A DNA stretch of 63,218 nucleotides, filler included, from Asterionella formosa (Eukaryota), in assembly GCA_002256025.1 (NCBI GenBank). It is 10 parts of 10 records of this genome, joined end to end, with 100 filler letters (N's around TTAATTAATTAA, not from the genome) between each part and the next. Parts side by side here need not be neighbours in the genome. Positions count along the whole stretch, not along the records: positions 60,077 to 61,596 come from NKIB01002092.1; positions 61,697 to 63,218 come from NKIB01002093.1; 8 more parts are not named here. One strand, given 5' to 3'. Numbering within the stretch: position 1 is the stretch's first letter; each line of letters starts with the position of its first letter. The notes under the pieces were generated by a model, which saw nothing but the letters and a program-made list of their open reading frames with translations, did not search any database and was not told the origin of the DNA. Both the position numbers and the translations under genes were made by a program. Positions 60,077-63,218 of this stretch are shown here, piece after piece.

Positions 60077-61596
60077 GTAGATTCGTTGCGAAGACAGTTT
60101 CCTTTGAGCCGTTACTGAGTGCGACATATTCACACTCGGTGCTTGATTGCGTTACGATATCCTGTCCTTTTGATATCCAGTGAATTAGGGCGCACCCTCC
60201 GATTGTGCCTAAATAACCGCTGACACTTTTTCGTGTATCAGGATTAGAGGCGAAGGCGCTGTCCACGACATCTTGTATACGTAGCTCGTTGGGCGCACGT
60301 AGTTTCATTCTGCATGCAATGTCCCCATGTAGACACAAATACCCGAGTAGGCGTTCCAATGCTTGCCAGTGCGTTTCGCCTGGGTTGTCGAGGTGCTGTG
60401 ACAATTCACGACATGCGTTGGCGCATACTGGCGATATTTTCTTCACGAAGTACAGTATCTTTCCAACGAGGGAGCGATATTCCTTATTCTTGATCGTCTC
60501 TCCTCGGTTCTTACTTAGGACCGTTCCCGGGAATCCCGGCGTTGAGGCTTTCTTTGGTTCCTTTCCAAATACAGTCGTGTAGTCATTAATCACATCTTTG
60601 ACAAAGTCCTCCATTTCGGACTGTAGATAGCGTCCGTTCTCGTCTTCGCCCCATTCGTACCATACTCCTAGATGCTAGCGTAGCTGGCCAAGCTCTTTAA
60701 CGTTGAAGTATTGTTTCAGTGCCAACTTGAACTTGTTGACGTCGGCTTGGGTGCCGGTTACTGCGAGGTCATCCACGTAGGTGCATAGTAGTAAGGTAAG
60801 GATGCCTTCTCGTTTTTCGTAGAACACGCAGGGGTCGACACGGCTTTGCTTGAGTCCCATATCAAGTAGGCAGTCTCGGAGTTTCTTGAACCATTGCCGT
60901 GCAGCTTGTACCGTGCCGTACATTGCCTTGTCCAGTCGGATGCAGTTGTCAGTCATAGTCGTTTCATTTTCGTAGTGGAAGTCAGCGATTCCATCTGGCC
61001 ATTCTATGTAGATTTCTTCGTCGAGGTCGGCTTCGAGGAATGCCGCTTCGATGTCCACAATTTCACAAACAAAATCTTTTCTGTGTAGGGTGAGCGCAAA
61101 CACAATACGTAGGCCTGTATCCGTAACAACAGGTGCGAATGAGTCTGTGAAGTCGACACCTGGTATCTGCACGTAGCCTTTTACCACGATGCGGCCCTTG
61201 TAGCGCGTAGTGTTGTCGTGCTCATTCTTCTTTTTAAATACCCATTTTGCTCCAAGTGGCTTTCGTCCATTTAGATTCTTACGAGGATGTAGCTTCCACA
61301 CTTTGCGGGAGTAGAAGTTTTCAATTTCAGCTTTGATTGCCTTGGTCCATTCGTCTTTTTCGTTACTTAGTAGTGCCTGCTTGTAGCTCTTGGGTTCCAG
61401 TGGGTCGGAAGCTAGGCTCGTTGAATGTGCTTCCTCGTTAGGTTCGTGCTCTTGGAGGTTTTCATTCGTGTCGTCATCCAAATTAAGCGTGCGTGCTGCG
61501 GATGATTGCTGACGTGTACCTGCACGAGTAGGTGTAGGCGAGGTCACAAGGCCTGTTGATAGCCTATTCATTTCTCGATCTAGCTTTGTAGATTTC
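60077..61596 (-). mobile_element. Near-identical copy of 58457-59976 with a premature stop
   Basis: Same boundaries and about six substitutions, including AAG to TAG at 60675-60677. Confidence 0.95.
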
Positions 61597-61696
61597 NNNN
61601 NNNNNNNNNNNNNNNNNNNNNNNNNNNNNNNNNNNNNNNNTTAATTAATTAANNNNNNNNNNNNNNNNNNNNNNNNNNNNNNNNNNNNNNNNNNNN

Positions 61697-63218
61697 CCAT
61701 TGTCACATCGAAGTTTCTTGAGGATATAATTAGCACTCTTCAACTTGATGACAAGGTTTTCGACAATTTTCGACATTTCACTTTTCTTCTTAACAAAGAA
61801 GCTCCATGCTTTGCTGCTATAGTCATCTACAACAAGGACCCAATAATTGCTTCCAATGATAGACTTTTTGTAGGGCCCGCTGATGTCAGTACACAAACGC
61901 TCACCTGCATGAGTTGCTCTTGTTGTAGAGAACTTTGGTACTGCTTTGGCCTTAGCTTTGGCAAATGCGCACCCTTCACAAGGTGTGAGACTGCCTGTGA
62001 CTTCGATATTCAGTGTCTTCAATGTAGCTCGTAGTGCCACCTCACCAATGTGTCCGAATTTATCATGTGCCTCGTTGATGTCAATTTTGATTTGCTTAGT
62101 AGGTATGATAACTGGTGGTTGCGTGGTAGTTGAACTAGTCATGACGGTTTCAATAGTACCAAGGTCACGTGTGCCTTCAAAGTAGTACAGGAGCTCTTTG
62201 CCTTCTGATTTAAATTCAATGTTCTCGAGTTCACTTGTCTTACTTAGACTGAGTGTCTGTCCTTTGATACTGACTTCGTAGTCTGATTTCTGTACGAAGA
62301 CTCCAATACTCACAATATTCTTGTGGAAAAGCGGAGTATATAGGACTTTTTTTAAATGTAGGGTCTTTCCATTGCTTGATGTCACCAAAACGTCACCTCG
62401 TTTTGTGCATAGCACTTCCTTTCCATCACCAACAATCACGCGCACCTTGACTTTTTCAACGTTTGTCATACCAAGTTCACTGGATGTGATATGACTGGTA
62501 GCTCCAGTGTCGGCCAACCATCGTTCTTCTCCTCCACACGATGCACAATATTCAAAATTATTATTATAATTATCATTATCAGAAATAAATCCGAAACGAT
62601 GGATCTCTTCCTCTTCTTCTTCAGCTTTGACAGCACAACCGACAAAAAACGACGTCTCCTTCTTGTCAGCAGTCTTCTTCTTCTTCTCATCAGGGCAGTC
62701 CTTGGCGATGTGACCAGCGAATTTGTTGCAATTGAAACACTTTATGCCTTTTCCGGTCTTCTCTCCATCCGCTTTTGATCCTCTAGAGCGACAATCCGCC
62801 AATTTGTGTTCTAGCTTTCCGCAGTTGCGACAAAGACCTTTGAACTTTCCTCCTGCAAATAAGGCTATCTCGTTAGATGACTTTTCAGCTCTGAACTTGC
62901 GCTTGTAGAAAGCCCGGATTTTGTTCTTCAGTTCTGTTAGAGTGATTGCCGTCATTCCTTCCACAACTGTGATCACCTCACTATACTCAGAAGGAAGCTC
63001 CTTGTCAATTATGTGGGCAATGACTTCAATGTCTTGTTTCTGAAAAGAGCTATTGATTTGCGTCATTCTGTTGCGAATCATGTCGAGTTTGATGAACCAT
63101 TCATCAGGGTCACTCTTTGTAGACTCAAGGTTGCATTTGCTAAACTCGCCGGAAAGTTGGATCAAATCAGATGTTTCATGAGGAGCATATCTGTCACATA
63201 GATTTTTCCAGGCTAGGA
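61697..63218 (-). mobile_element. Copia Gag-PR-IN segment, less decayed relative of 29697-31206
   Basis: Continuous ORF with zinc knuckles, WLADTGAT, AHDKFGH..CEGC (HHCC), TDISGP and RCDN. Confidence 0.95.

Overview
Eukaryotic, repeat-rich nuclear DNA, most likely a diatom: bipartite plastid presequences, CoDi-type Copia elements, a CryptonS-like recombinase and short GT-AG introns. The window is not one locus. Ten contigs are joined by nine artificial 100-bp linkers (44N-TTAATTAATTAA-44N): two contigs of about 25 kb (1-25094, 25195-50258) and eight of about 1.52 kb. Contig 1 is mostly decayed mobile DNA: LINE and MULE remnants, a 1.37-kb TG..CA element, a full-length defective Copia with LTRs, a DIRS-like ORF1 and an orphan CBP-type TAZ fragment. 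Contig 2 has host genes (CYTH/THTPA-like, WDR55, GLTP-domain, a GPI-like surface protein, INTS6 with a WW domain, RPC3) between decayed Copia elements. The short contigs hold a non-autonomous PIF/Harbinger, a Crypton, part of CDC45, a second copy of the 1.37-kb element abutting a PGRL1-like gene, and young Copia pieces. The most unusual signal is pervasive TA-anchored micro-insertions (e.g. TA to TACCGGTA), seen directly by comparing paralogous copies and clustered upstream of genes; they resemble Tc1/mariner excision footprints. Also notable are a probable half-tRNA-Ile primer site and a tRNA-like A/B-box head. No rRNA gene, intact tRNA gene or CRISPR array was seen. All family assignments come from motif recognition by eye, not from database searches.
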